A stretch of DNA of 64,000 nucleotides from an uncultured bacterium (GCA_963729625.1 CAVSOU010000010.1:288001-352000), one strand, 5' to 3'. Positions 17,553-28,516 are shown, counted from the first letter of the stretch. Notes: generated by a model not told the origin, from the sequence alone. Translations and numbers: made by a program.

Positions 17553-20500
17553 CATTGAGGAAGCCCTTGCGCGCTTGCGCGACGCCGCCGCCGAGGCCCA
17601 GGCGTGGCCGGCTATGCGCTGGAAGAAGGTGGCGGGCCCCGGGCCTGAGAGCGTGGAGCTCGTGGACGGAGTCTTCCGGGGACTGGCACTTCTGCCAGGA
17701 GAGCAGGTGACACTCGAATGCGAATACGCGCTGCCTGACGCTGTAGCCTCCACGCCGCTGAAGGGTGATGCGCTCGACGTCATGGTCTTCAGCCTGTATC
17801 CCACGGCGCTGTCCTGGGACGGCAGACCACTGCTGGATGAGCAAGTTCCGCCTGTGGCGCTAGGACCGGCCCTGGTCCGCGTCTGCTCCGACCTGCAGCC
17901 AGATCTGCCTGGGGAGCTGCGCCTGACGATCAGTCCTCCCCGCAATCAGATGACCACCTGGTGCCGGCTGTATTTCAGCACTCCGCTCCTGCGCGCGCGT
18001 TTTGCCCTTCTGGACCTGACCTGGGCGCGACTGGCGCTGGCTTTTCAGCTGGCGGTCACGCCTGTTGAGCGCGAGGCGGTGCAGAGAGCAGCCGCGCTGG
18101 TGCCGGCGCGCCCAGACCAGATGAGCGCCGAGAACCTGGCTACGCATCTTCGGGATCTGCCGCAGGCCCTCGCGCCGCTGAGCGCGCGAATCGGGGCTCT
18201 GCAGGTACACGTGGTAGGTCACTCACACATCGACATGAACTGGCTTTGGACCTGGTCCGACACGCGTGAAGTAATCAAGCGCGACGCGCAAAGCGTGCTT
18301 GCTCTCATGGATGACTACCCTGAGATGACATTTACTCACAGCCAGCCTGCGACCTATCTCGTGCTCCAACAGGAAGCGCCTGAACTCTTCGCTCGGGTGC
18401 GGGCGCGCATCCTGGAAGGCCGATGGGAGCCAGCCACAATGACCTGGGTGGAGGGCGACACCAATATGGCGTCGGGTGAGGCGTTGGCCCGACAACTGCT
18501 GGAGGGCGTCGCCTACTCACGTGAGCAACTAGGTAGCCGGCCCAACGCCTTCCTGGCGCCCGATACCTTTGGGCATGCCGGCACGCTGCCGCAGCTCGCC
18601 GTCTCCGCTGGCGCCACCGTGTATTACCACCACCGCTGCAACCCCGGCTATACGTCGCCCGAGGAGATGCTTTGGCCTGCCTATTGGTGGGAAGGTCAGG
18701 ACGGCACGCGACTTCTTGCGGTGTCCACGCCTAGCTACAACGGATTCATCACCGCGGGTGGCCTGGCCGAGGCGATGATCGCCGCCTACCGCCAGGGACA
18801 AACAGTAGCCCTGTACTTCCACGGCGTTGGCGATCATGGCGGCGGCCCAGCCCGGCGCGGCCTGGACAGACTGCGCGAATTGCAAGGTCTGCCGGCCTTC
18901 CTGAGCGCACACTGCAGCACGCTGTCTGCGTATGCCCGGGGCCTTTTGCAGTCCGGGGTTGCACTTCCGGTGCATCGGGGTGAGTCGGCTACCGTTTTCG
19001 AGGGTTGCTACACCACCCAAAGCGAGGTGAAGCGAGGCAATCGATTGGGCGAGAACCTGCTATGCACCGCCGACACCCTGGCTGCGCTCGCCGGTCTCAC
19101 GTACCCGGATATCCTGTCAGACGCCTGGCGCAGGCTACTCTTCCACCAATTCCACGATATTCTCGACGGCTCCGCCATTCACGAAGCGTACGAGTACAGC
19201 GCGGACGAATTTCGGGCTGTAAAGGCAGCAGCGGAGTCCGTTGTCGAGAGGGCGCTGGACATACTCGAGCCGGCGATGGCCGCCGCTCAGATCGCGGTAA
19301 CCAATCCGCTCGGCTGGGATCGCCATGATTTGGTGATTGCCTCGGACATGCAGGGTGAAGGTGTTGTCTGGCTTCACGGCGCTGCCGGCGACCGCACGCC
19401 GGGGCAGTTCACGGCGAAGGGCCTGTGTTTTGTGGCGAACGTTCCCGCCTTTGCGACGGTCGTGTACCAAGTCGGGTCTCCCACAGAGAACCCGCTGCCG
19501 GCCGCGATCGCCGCGGTGCCCGCGCTGGCGCCTGCCGCACTCGCCGCTCGTGACGTCGCCGCCGCACAAGCGACGGACCTTCCATACTACCGGATCGACA
19601 CGCCGCAGTTCCGGGCCTACATGCGGCGCGACGCAGGCATTTTGGTCTCACTCTTTGACAAGCGTGTTGGTCGCGAGATCGTCGGCTATGGGATGCGGCG
19701 CTACAGCGACTACCCGGATACCGCCCGCACCGACCTGGCTCTGAATGTACTGCAAATCCTGGACGAGCTCCCCCATGAAATGTCGGCCTGGCACCTGGAT
19801 GAGGTTCTGCGCGAGACGAGCCTGCTGCGCGGCGCAGCGACGCGCGTAGTGGAGTCGGGGCCAGTGCGCCTGGTCGTTGAGGTCAGGCACAGCATACGAT
19901 CGTCGACCGTCACCCAGGAGATCGCGTTTTACCACGATCTATCGCGAATCGATGTGGAAACAACCATCGATTGGCGCGAACTGGGGGGGACCGAGGCAGG
20001 CGTTGCCAACCTCAAGGTGTCCTTCACTGCGCGACTGGTGGAATCCGAGGCCTGGTTCGAGAGCCCATACGGCGCCGTTCGGCGACCGGCAGACGGCCAG
20101 GAAGTGCCTGCCCTGCGGTGGGGCGACGTCGGCGGCAAAGAGTATGGCCTGGCCATCCTCAACGACAGCCGCTACGGTTACGACGTGTTGGGCAGCCGGA
20201 TCCGTTTGAGCCTCGTACGCAGCGCCTACGACCCCGATGCGATTGCCGACCAGGGTTTGCACGCGCTGCGATACAGTATTCTCCCGCACGCAGGCGACTG
20301 GCGAGATGCGGGAGTAACGCGGCTGGCGGCTGGCTTCAACCAACCACTCATGGCGCGAGCGGTTCGCGAGCGTTCGCAAGGGTCCTTACCGCACGCTGTC
20401 ACACTCGCTTGGCGCCCGCGCCTATCCGATGGATCGGTGCTGATTGCCTGTCTCAAGCCGGCGCATCGCCGGAACGGTACAGTGATTCGTCTCTACGAAA

Positions 20501-20667
20501 GTGCCGGCAGGATGGCTGAGGCGACTCTGAGCGGCCTGCCGCCGGAGGCTCGGCTCAGCGAAATGAATATCGTCGAGGATAGCGTCGCGTCAGTGGAGCT
20601 CGTCCAGGGAACTGCGCGCCTCTTCTTCCGCCCGTGGCAGGTACGCACTCTGCTGGTCGAAGAGTGA
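17518..20667 (+). CDS. Alpha-mannosidase, glycoside hydrolase family 38
   Basis: GHSHIDMNWLW, PDTFGH (nucleophile), GVGDHGGG, HQFHDILDGSAI, FRPWQVRTL. Confidence 0.92.
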   Translation: MNREAGTYRRADIEEALARLRDAAAEAQAWPAMRWKKVAGPGPESVELVDGVFRGLALLPGEQVTLECEYALPDAVASTPLKGDALDVMVFSLYPTALSWDGRPLLDEQVPPVALGPALVRVCSDLQPDLPGELRLTISPPRNQMTTWCRLYFSTPLLRARFALLDLTWARLALAFQLAVTPVEREAVQRAAALVPARPDQMSAENLATHLRDLPQALAPLSARIGALQVHVVGHSHIDMNWLWTWSDTREVIKRDAQSVLALMDDYPEMTFTHSQPATYLVLQQEAPELFARVRARILEGRWEPATMTWVEGDTNMASGEALARQLLEGVAYSREQLGSRPNAFLAPDTFGHAGTLPQLAVSAGATVYYHHRCNPGYTSPEEMLWPAYWWEGQDGTRLLAVSTPSYNGFITAGGLAEAMIAAYRQGQTVALYFHGVGDHGGGPARRGLDRLRELQGLPAFLSAHCSTLSAYARGLLQSGVALPVHRGESATVFEGCYTTQSEVKRGNRLGENLLCTADTLAALAGLTYPDILSDAWRRLLFHQFHDILDGSAIHEAYEYSADEFRAVKAAAESVVERALDILEPAMAAAQIAVTNPLGWDRHDLVIASDMQGEGVVWLHGAAGDRTPGQFTAKGLCFVANVPAFATVVYQVGSPTENPLPAAIAAVPALAPAALAARDVAAAQATDLPYYRIDTPQFRAYMRRDAGILVSLFDKRVGREIVGYGMRRYSDYPDTARTDLALNVLQILDELPHEMSAWHLDEVLRETSLLRGAATRVVESGPVRLVVEVRHSIRSSTVTQEIAFYHDLSRIDVETTIDWRELGGTEAGVANLKVSFTARLVESEAWFESPYGAVRRPADGQEVPALRWGDVGGKEYGLAILNDSRYGYDVLGSRIRLSLVRSAYDPDAIADQGLHALRYSILPHAGDWRDAGVTRLAAGFNQPLMARAVRERSQGSLPHAVTLAWRPRLSDGSVLIACLKPAHRRNGTVIRLYESAGRMAEATLSGLPPEARLSEMNIVEDSVASVELVQGTARLFFRPWQVRTLLVEE

Positions 20668-20892
20668 GGCGCCGCCAACTGCGCTACCGACCTGCAACCC
20701 GCCTGGGCCGAGTTAGCGGACGCCACAGTGCGGGCTGCTTGGCGATCGCGTCAAACGCGCGAGAGCAACGCTCTTTCACAGGTGCGTTGCTCTGACGCGC
20801 TAGATGAGGGAAGGCCTGCCCTGACAGCCGGGACAGCTCTGGTGCAGGCCCGCCCTTTCTGCCAGCACGACAGACTGGACGTCTAGCGTATG

Positions 20893-21585
20893 CTAGCCGT
20901 TGCTTTGCGGCAAATACGGTAACAACGCGTGGGCCAGGTTGGGAAGCGGCAGAGTCTGCAGCCACACACGACCTGGGCCTGTTAGCCGAACCAGGAATAT
21001 ACCGTCCCCGCCGAACACTTTGTTGGCGATTCCTTTGATCGTCGTGATCTCGAATCGCACTCGGTCCTGGAACAATCCCACGTGGCCTGGATGGACACGC
21101 ATGGACTGGCCGGGGGCAAGGTCCAGCATGACAATCTCGCCTGACAGGCCAACCCACACAGTCGAGCTACCCTCGAGTTTCTGCAGAACGAACCCTTCCC
21201 CACCGAAGATCCCGGCGCCGAGTTTCTGGACCACCGGGTTGATCACGATGCCGGGAGTTCCTGCGAGAAAACCATGCCGGTGCACCAGGTAGCCCGATCC
21301 GGGCTCAACAGTCAGATCCAGGATCATGCCGGGCATCTTGGTGGCAAAGGTAACCGCACCGGGCCCGCCTCGTGCGGTGTATTCCGTGAGGAACAGCGTG
21401 CCGCCGCTCACCGCGCGTTTGATACTGCCGAAGATGCCCTTGGCGCCGCCGCCGGCCGTCGAGGTGTGCATCTCAATTGTATCGGTCATCCAGGACAGCT
21501 CCCCGCTGTCTGCGATGATCGTCTCCCCGTTTCCGAGCTGGATTTCCACCGCGGGCATCGTCGTACCGATGATCTTGTGCTCCAC
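20893..21585 (-). CDS. AIM24 family (TIGR00266-like) protein
   Basis: IKRAVSGGTLF, GIFGGEGFVLQKL, FGGDGIFLVRLTGPGRVWLQTLP. GTG start after GGAGG. Confidence 0.88.
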   Translation of the reverse strand: MEHKIIGTTMPAVEIQLGNGETIIADSGELSWMTDTIEMHTSTAGGGAKGIFGSIKRAVSGGTLFLTEYTARGGPGAVTFATKMPGMILDLTVEPGSGYLVHRHGFLAGTPGIVINPVVQKLGAGIFGGEGFVLQKLEGSSTVWVGLSGEIVMLDLAPGQSMRVHPGHVGLFQDRVRFEITTIKGIANKVFGGDGIFLVRLTGPGRVWLQTLPLPNLAHALLPYLPQSNG

Positions 21586-22194
21586 GTCGCCTCCACTAGC
21601 CAGGCACTCTCGGCTGGCCACCGATTCGTGAGCTGCTCGTACGTGCAACCCCGCACCTACGACCCTGCGCTTCGGGCCCACTTACCCATCTGCCGCGCGT
21701 CGGCGGCCGCCGGTGCCGAACGCGGCAAGGAACACTTGCGCCTTTCGCAGCATACGCTATCGCCCGGTTTCTGCCCAGCAGTGGACTTCTCGGTGTGACC
21801 TGTCGAAACCAGTCGACGTGGGGGTCAGCACGATCGTATAGTCGCAGTATCACCCAAACGGGTACTGCAATGCGGCAGCTCGTATGCCAAACTGCGAAGC
21901 AAGAGTATCGCATCGCACAGGAACGCACTTCGATTCTGCCGCAACGGGTGTGCGTCACGCTCCGGGCCACGAGCACATGCACGTGGGCAACATCAGGAAA
22001 GGCTGAACATGGCGGGTTCGCTGCGAGGCTTAGGGCGTCCGCGGGTGGGTCCGAGTCCACCAGGTATTCCACGGCCGCCATCGATCGAAGACGCTGCATG
22101 GGACTGCGTTCCGCCAATCCTCTCCGAGAGTGATGACACGCTCGGATCGGCGCCGCGTCCTGCTTTCGCTTCCGTCGCCGCGGCCGCACTGCGC

Positions 22195-23922
22195 ATGACG
22201 CGACCGCCAACTCAGGAGCCGATGTCATTGCGCTGGCTCCTGCTTCCAGACGTGGTTGCGCCCGGCTTCAGCCTGCTGACAGTTTGCGTCTGGCTCACGC
22301 CCCAAACTGAAGCCCTGCGCCTGAGCACGTTGCTGAGCGCGTTGGCCCTGCTCGGCCTGGTCATCGCGCGCCAATTGGTTGCCGTGGCCCATGCCTATTC
22401 CGACCGCGTGCAGAATCAGGCCTTGGCGCAGGCCAACCAACAGCTGGCGACTATGAACCGACACCTCTACCTTCTGGCCACGACCGACTCCCTGACCGGA
22501 TTGAGCAACCGTGCAATCCTAGAGGAGAGCCTCCGTCGACGGTCGAGCGACGCCAGTCATGGCGCCCACGACGCGTTGCTTCTGCTCGACCTAGACCGTT
22601 TCAAAGAAGTGAACGATACGCTTGGCCACCGATTCGGCGACCTCTTGTTGAAGCAGATTGGGCTCCGGCTGGTTGCCGCCCTTGCCGGCAAGGGCCGCGT
22701 CGCGCGCCTCGGCGGCGACGAGTTCGCGATGGTGCTTCCGGGAGCCGACGCTGAACAGGCCTGTGTGGTGGCACGACGCTGCCTTGACGCGTTGGACGTT
22801 TCATTCACCATCGAGGGCCACACCCTTCACGCGGGCGGCAGCATTGGCGTCGCGGTCGCGCCTGAGCACGGTCGAGACATCAGTACACTGCTGCGCTGTG
22901 CGGACGTCGCCATGTACCTGGCCAAACGCCGGCATTGCGGCGTGATGACCTATACTCCGGCGGAGGACCAGTACAGCCCACAACGACTTGCGCTATCCGG
23001 CGAATTGCAGCAGGCAATTGCTCAAGGCAAGCTCTGCCTGGAATACCAGCCGATCGCTCAGCTGGCCAGCGGCGACGTGCTGCGCGTGGAAGCGCTGGTC
23101 CGGTGGCAGCATCCCAGCTTCGGTCGCGTATCGCCCGATCAGTTTGTGCCTCTGGCCGAGCAATCTGGACTGATCGTTCCGTTGACCCGTTGGGTATTGG
23201 ATACGGCCCTGCGACAGTGCCGGACCTGGCTCAACATGGGTCTGTCTATCGGCGTGGCCGTAAACGTGTCCATGCGCAATTTGCAGGACGCGCACCTTCC
23301 GGAGTTGGTTCAGGAACTGTTGCTGCGCAGCAAAGTTCCGCCCGATCGCGTGACATTGGAAATCACCGAGAGCGTGCTGATGGCTGATCCTGCGGTGACA
23401 CTCGGTGTTCTGGCCCGGCTTCACAAGCTCGGCGTCCGCATTGCAATTGACGATTTTGGCACCGGCCATTCATCGCTTGGTTACCTCAAGCGCTTGCCGG
23501 TGCACGAGCTGAAGATCGACCAGGCTTTCGTGTTGAGTCTGGCTGCGCACGATACTGCTGGCTCATCCAAAGACCGGATGATCGTGCGCTCCGTCATCGC
23601 TCTTGCCCACGCACTTGGCCTGGAGGTAGTAGCCGAAGGCGTGGAGACAGAACGAGCCTGGGAACTCCTGCGTGCGTTCCACTGCAATGCCGTGCAAGGC
23701 TTCTATCTCAGTCCGTCGCTGTCAGCCAGAGACTTCGAGACATGGCTTCGAGCGGCCGGGTCTCTCTCCTCCCGCAGCGCGCTCGCGCCGGAGGTCAGAG
23801 GGCAGGCTCTACTGCGCGTGCCGGCCTTGGCGCCTCTTCCTGCATCACCGGAAGATCAGGACCTGCGCAGACTGACTGCTCAGCTGGGCGCCTCTGAACT
23901 TGCAGTCTTCGGGCAAAGCTGA
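22195..23922 (+). CDS. GGDEF-EAL bifunctional diguanylate cyclase/phosphodiesterase with short N-terminal TM segment (start uncertain)
   Basis: DSLTGLSNR, DLDRFKEVNDTLGH, RLGGDEF, EAL, LEITES, DDFGTGHSSL, VAEGVE. Confidence 0.9.
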   Translation: MTRPPTQEPMSLRWLLLPDVVAPGFSLLTVCVWLTPQTEALRLSTLLSALALLGLVIARQLVAVAHAYSDRVQNQALAQANQQLATMNRHLYLLATTDSLTGLSNRAILEESLRRRSSDASHGAHDALLLLDLDRFKEVNDTLGHRFGDLLLKQIGLRLVAALAGKGRVARLGGDEFAMVLPGADAEQACVVARRCLDALDVSFTIEGHTLHAGGSIGVAVAPEHGRDISTLLRCADVAMYLAKRRHCGVMTYTPAEDQYSPQRLALSGELQQAIAQGKLCLEYQPIAQLASGDVLRVEALVRWQHPSFGRVSPDQFVPLAEQSGLIVPLTRWVLDTALRQCRTWLNMGLSIGVAVNVSMRNLQDAHLPELVQELLLRSKVPPDRVTLEITESVLMADPAVTLGVLARLHKLGVRIAIDDFGTGHSSLGYLKRLPVHELKIDQAFVLSLAAHDTAGSSKDRMIVRSVIALAHALGLEVVAEGVETERAWELLRAFHCNAVQGFYLSPSLSARDFETWLRAAGSLSSRSALAPEVRGQALLRVPALAPLPASPEDQDLRRLTAQLGASELAVFGQS

Positions 23923-23950
23923 AGCGGACACGCCCGGACTGCATGTACGG

Positions 23951-26188
23951 TTAGGTTGGTGCATGAGTCGCCTTCGACACGCTCGGCATTGACGGATCGG
24001 GGATGTGTCCGTCATCAGTGATCGCTCGCACAATCTGTGTGGCGCTCAGTTGGCCGGTGTTCTGAAAGATCCACACAGCAGGGTGGTCGTATTCATCGAA
24101 ATCTTCGGACACCCCATCTTCCGTGTCTGTCCAGGGACCGAGCTGGGCATGTTCCGTCACGTGATAGACCAGCGTGAAGCCGAGCGCGTCCTGCACCCCC
24201 TGCTTGCTGCCCAGCAGCAGTTTGTAGAACCGCTGCATGTAGGGGTATCTGGCTCCATCATTCCAGAAGGTAGAAACAGCCCGCTCGCTGTTGATGATGT
24301 AGTACTGTGCCCGGGAGAGCCACGGCGAAAGCCGTTGAACCTTGCCGAGAGAATCGTCTTGATAGTCGATCAGGCCATCTACAGCGAAGGCCAGGAGCGT
24401 GAGAGACGCATACACGCGCCCGTTGTCGCAGCCGTTGGAGCCACCGTCGGGCTGGAGCTCGTCCGGAAAGTCCTGCAAGATGATGGCTCCGGCCGATACA
24501 TGCCGGTACATCCAGCATGCAGCCTGGTTACGAGTGAGTGGCTGGGCGTAGATGTGCTGGTAGGCGATAGCATAGAATCCCGTGAGAAACAACACCGCGC
24601 CGCCGAGTCCGTAACTGGCGCCGCGTCGCCAGCGGCCGAGCCGCGCTTGCCATCGTGAGCAGATGACTTCCATCTTTGCTGCCGTACGCAAAGTGCTCCG
24701 GTTGCTCGTCACGGGATCGTGGGACTGGACGATGACGGCTTCGGCCGGCTGAACGGCAGGCACAACCAAAGACGGCGGGCACGGTGCCGGGCACTTTGTC
24801 CTGGCACGGTCGCCGGCCATGGCCGGAACGAGCAGGGCCGCCAACACGCAGAGAGACGGAACGACTGGCTCCATGTAGCGCAGGTACTGCATGTACAGCA
24901 GTCCGGCGGCGAGAAAGTAGGTGAAGACGAAGAACGCTACCATCGCAGTCCCGCTGCGTCTCGGCAGGAAGAGCGCCACGATGAGGCACCACAGTGGTGC
25001 CAGGGTTTCAACACAAGTCAGGACAATGGTGTCGACGTGAAGTGGACCAATATTGCACTGCACGCTCGAGAGCGGAAAGCTCGCGGCGGCGAGGATGCCG
25101 CACAGAATAAGGGCCAGTCCAGCGCTTGCACCCGCGATTGCGCCTCGAAGCCACTTTCTTGCCGACAGTCGAATGATCTGCCAGGCCAGACCGGCATAGC
25201 CGAGCAGCGCCAGCGGGATGCCAAGCGAGCAGTTTGTGAGTTGTGAAAGCGGGGACAAGAGAGGTGTGTCTCCGCGCCACCTGATGGTGTAGAAAGTCAG
25301 AACGCGGCCAGTCGCGAGATCGTTCTGACTACTCAAGTCGGCTCTGAAGTCGGACCAATCGACGAACATGTAGGGTTGGAAGACGAACAGAGCCACGAGC
25401 GCGATGACCGCGAGCACTGCGCTTCGCCGGACCGTCTCCCAGCTACGGAGCCGCCCGCGCTCCTGTTGCCGCCAGAGCACGGCCATTGCAGCGATGGCGA
25501 CCAGTGGGGCCGCGGACGCCTTCGTCGCGCACGCCGCGGCCAGCCAGATGCCCAGCATCACATAGTCGCGCGCGCGGCCTTCCTGAAACAGCGTTACGCC
25601 GGCCAGCACGGTGCCCGTTGAAAACGTGCCAAGGAAGCTGTCGACGGTGGTGAAGTGGGCCAGCTGAATTGACAGGACGGCGAAACTGGCCAGGGCCGCG
25701 GCAAACAGGCCAGCGCGGTCGTCGGCAAGACGCCGGCCCAACAGGAAGACGAGAGCCACCGTGATCGTGTCGAAGGCGCCCGACAGGACGCGACCGGCGA
25801 GAATAGGATTCGCATGTTGCCAATTGCCGAATATCGAGAAGTGCGCTCCCAGCCAGCTGAGGATCGAGCTGAAGATCTTGATGAGGTACAGAGGCAACGA
25901 TCCGTAATTGAAGCCTGTATGGGGCAAAGATCCGTTCGCGACGCCGGCAAGGTTAGGTACGGCGGCAGGGTTCCACGAGCTGTTGCGATTGAACAGGTCC
26001 AGCGGGCTGCTTGGATAGCCGAGTCCGCCGACGAGGCCGCCGATGTAGTTCTCGTCGGGATGCTGGAAATTCCCCTGGCCCCAATCAAAGCCATGCATGG
26101 TGGGCCCGAAGACCCGCAACCAAAGCGCGATCGCCAGGATAACGGCAAGAACCGCATGGGCAGCGGAGAAGCGGCGCGCCAAGATCAT
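23951..26188 (-). CDS. GT-C fold glycosyltransferase (GT39/PMT_2-like membrane protein)
   Basis: FQHPDE, YGSLPLYL, GRVLSGAFD, QLAHFTTVD, multiple TM helices, C-terminal YDHPAVWIF. Confidence 0.8.
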   Translation of the reverse strand: MILARRFSAAHAVLAVILAIALWLRVFGPTMHGFDWGQGNFQHPDENYIGGLVGGLGYPSSPLDLFNRNSSWNPAAVPNLAGVANGSLPHTGFNYGSLPLYLIKIFSSILSWLGAHFSIFGNWQHANPILAGRVLSGAFDTITVALVFLLGRRLADDRAGLFAAALASFAVLSIQLAHFTTVDSFLGTFSTGTVLAGVTLFQEGRARDYVMLGIWLAAACATKASAAPLVAIAAMAVLWRQQERGRLRSWETVRRSAVLAVIALVALFVFQPYMFVDWSDFRADLSSQNDLATGRVLTFYTIRWRGDTPLLSPLSQLTNCSLGIPLALLGYAGLAWQIIRLSARKWLRGAIAGASAGLALILCGILAAASFPLSSVQCNIGPLHVDTIVLTCVETLAPLWCLIVALFLPRRSGTAMVAFFVFTYFLAAGLLYMQYLRYMEPVVPSLCVLAALLVPAMAGDRARTKCPAPCPPSLVVPAVQPAEAVIVQSHDPVTSNRSTLRTAAKMEVICSRWQARLGRWRRGASYGLGGAVLFLTGFYAIAYQHIYAQPLTRNQAACWMYRHVSAGAIILQDFPDELQPDGGSNGCDNGRVYASLTLLAFAVDGLIDYQDDSLGKVQRLSPWLSRAQYYIINSERAVSTFWNDGARYPYMQRFYKLLLGSKQGVQDALGFTLVYHVTEHAQLGPWTDTEDGVSEDFDEYDHPAVWIFQNTGQLSATQIVRAITDDGHIPDPSMPSVSKATHAPT

Positions 26189-26386
26189 GGAGATCAGGTT
26201 AACAGCGATGGACGGCGACGCACAGAGTGCTATCGATCGCTTCCGCGTCAGTCACGCTGTGACGGGTTGCGCGCGCCGGACACTACTGGACGACTCACCG
26301 CCATTGATCGTAGAATTCGGCGCGAGCAGTATGTTTTAGCTGCCTGCCCTGGCAGTGAGCCAACGATGACTCGAGGGAGCACTGCG

Positions 26387-26800
26387 ATGCCGCCGAATTC
26401 CTCCGCTGCATCCGACCCGCGTGCCGTTCGCAACGGCATTGTGCTCGCGGTACTTGGGCTGGTAGTCGTCGCGATCATTGTTGCGTTGATAGTAACCAGA
26501 CTGCGAGCCGGATCCTCCCTCGATCTGACAGGCGACTGGCGTGCCCAGCAGGGGCCGGTGACCGTCGAGCTGCATCTGACAGGCTCTGCAAGTCACCTTA
26601 CCGGCACGCTTGCGACCAGGAACTCCCCGGTCGCCGTCAATGGCACGGTCGTTGCCCTGGTGCATGGCAACACTGCCGATGTCACGGTGAACGCACTGGG
26701 CCAGTCACTGACAGCTACGTGCACTGTCTCGAGCAGCAAGATGTCGTGTACCGGTGCAAGCGGAAATCAAACGCTCACCCTTACCTTTACCCGACCGTAG
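26387..26800 (+). CDS. Hypothetical single-pass membrane protein with beta-rich extracellular domain
   Basis: RBS AGGGAG, one TM helix, DLTGDW strand and a C-x7-C pair. Confidence 0.65.
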   Translation: MPPNSSAASDPRAVRNGIVLAVLGLVVVAIIVALIVTRLRAGSSLDLTGDWRAQQGPVTVELHLTGSASHLTGTLATRNSPVAVNGTVVALVHGNTADVTVNALGQSLTATCTVSSSKMSCTGASGNQTLTLTFTRP

Positions 26801-28412
26801 CCTGCGCCGTAGACTTGCTGACGTGGCGAGACGCGCGACTTCCGAGTAACAGAAGCGCGGGCAGCACCGCGAGGGCAGTGCCGGCCGCGGCAAGGAGGAA
26901 GGTGTCGCGCAGCACGATCACTTCCTTGGCCTGGAGCGCTATACCATAGGCATCCATGGCGCGCTTGAACTCCGCCAGCCCGGCATTGGGTGATACCCGC
27001 GGCATGGGCACACGGGCGGCAAGCTGCTGGAACCGCCAGCTACTCCAGCTGGTGAGGGCTGACAGGCCGGCCATCGTCCCGATCACCCGAGCCGTCGTGA
27101 TCAGGCTTGCCAGGACGCCACCATAGTCAAGACCGCTCACTGTCAGCGCACTGGTGGTCACTGGCGCCGCCACCAATCCGATGCCGAGGCCCGCCACTGC
27201 GGGCGGCAGCAAGGCCGGCGACTGCGGCGGACTGACCAGCCAGTCGCGCATCAACCAATATCCCAGCGTGGCTATCAGGAGGCCAATCACTGCCACCGTC
27301 CGTGGCCCCACTCGATCGCAGAGCCAGCCGCCGAGCGCCGCGCCAAGCGCCAGCAGAAGCAGATAGCGTAACAGGAGCAACCCGCCCTGGACCGGAGACA
27401 CGTCGAGTATAGTGGTGGCGTAGACGGGCACGCTGATTATCGCGACGCCGAGCGCCACGCCGACCAGGAGGTTAGTGAGACAGGCTGCAATAAAGGCCAG
27501 GCTTCGAGTCGCTGCGCGCGGCACGATTGGGAGGGGGGAACCACGCTGAATGAGCCAGAACGCCAACACCAGGGCGGCGCTAACCGCAAGAAACCATCGG
27601 TTCAGGCTGCCGCCTCCGATGTCGCTGCCGAATGCACCACTGGAGCTGCAACCGATTACGAGCGCTGCCAGCGCCAATCCGAGCACCAGGGCGCCGCGGT
27701 AGTCCACGGAGCGACTTCGCTTGGCAGCTGGGAGGCGCAAGGTCAATGGCAGGAGCAGCACGACAATCGGCAGGTTGAGCCAGAAGATCGTTCTCCAGCC
27801 CGCTTCACTGTGTTCCGTGACGAACGCTCCGTACAGCGGGCCGCAGACGCCACCAAGCTCAGCGGCGGCCGCGATGACGCCGAGCGTCAGGCCCAGCCGG
27901 GAAGCGGTGACCTGATCCGCGGCAGCGGCAAGTGCGACGGGCAGGAAGGCGCCTGCGCCGAGAGCCTGTACCGTCCGGGCCACCACCAGGACAGGTAGAG
28001 CTGTGGCCTGCGCCGCTACCATGCTCCCGCCCAGGAATATAAGCAGGGCCAGTGTCATTATTTGGCGCCGACCGTGCACGTCACTTACGGCACCCATCAA
28101 CGGCAGCACGGCTACGTAGCCGAGCAGATAGCCCGTCACCAGCCAGCCTGCTCGGTCGAATTGCAGCGCGGCGGTCTTGTGCAAGGAGAACAGCAGGATC
28201 GGCGCCCCAGTGTCGCCTAACATGCGCGGCAGCGCCGTGACGATCACATTCTGGTCCAGTGCGCCAATGAAACCGAAAGCAGCCAGGGCCATTGTCAGGA
28301 ACATCACGCCCCACGGGCGAGATACGTCCGAAGGCTGCGGCGACAGGTCGGCAGCAGACACAATACGTCCAGTCGGTACGGCGGCGCCGGCAATTCCGGG
28401 TAGACGACACAT
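26787..28412 (-). CDS. MFS transporter, DHA2 type (resembles actinobacterial P55/Rv1410c class); start uncertain
   Basis: ALDQNVIVTALP, WLVTGYLLGY, SDVHGRR, GWRTIFWLNLP, about 14 TM segments. Confidence 0.88.
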   Translation of the reverse strand: MCRLPGIAGAAVPTGRIVSAADLSPQPSDVSRPWGVMFLTMALAAFGFIGALDQNVIVTALPRMLGDTGAPILLFSLHKTAALQFDRAGWLVTGYLLGYVAVLPLMGAVSDVHGRRQIMTLALLIFLGGSMVAAQATALPVLVVARTVQALGAGAFLPVALAAAADQVTASRLGLTLGVIAAAAELGGVCGPLYGAFVTEHSEAGWRTIFWLNLPIVVLLLPLTLRLPAAKRSRSVDYRGALVLGLALAALVIGCSSSGAFGSDIGGGSLNRWFLAVSAALVLAFWLIQRGSPLPIVPRAATRSLAFIAACLTNLLVGVALGVAIISVPVYATTILDVSPVQGGLLLLRYLLLLALGAALGGWLCDRVGPRTVAVIGLLIATLGYWLMRDWLVSPPQSPALLPPAVAGLGIGLVAAPVTTSALTVSGLDYGGVLASLITTARVIGTMAGLSALTSWSSWRFQQLAARVPMPRVSPNAGLAEFKRAMDAYGIALQAKEVIVLRDTFLLAAAGTALAVLPALLLLGSRASRHVSKSTAQATVG

Positions 28413-28516
28413 GCAAAGATACTCTATCGTGGCGGATTGCTGGCGTTTGGCTCGTTGTTACGATCCAGCGGCCCGTCATCGTGTTCCAGGCCTGCGATTT
28501 GTCTCCGGATCGCGCC

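Noticed and set aside
20790-20860. GAGGGA...GGTGC segment reminiscent of a SAM riboswitch
   Set aside because: Core ATC..GAG and GCAACC elements are missing, and it lies between convergent genes.
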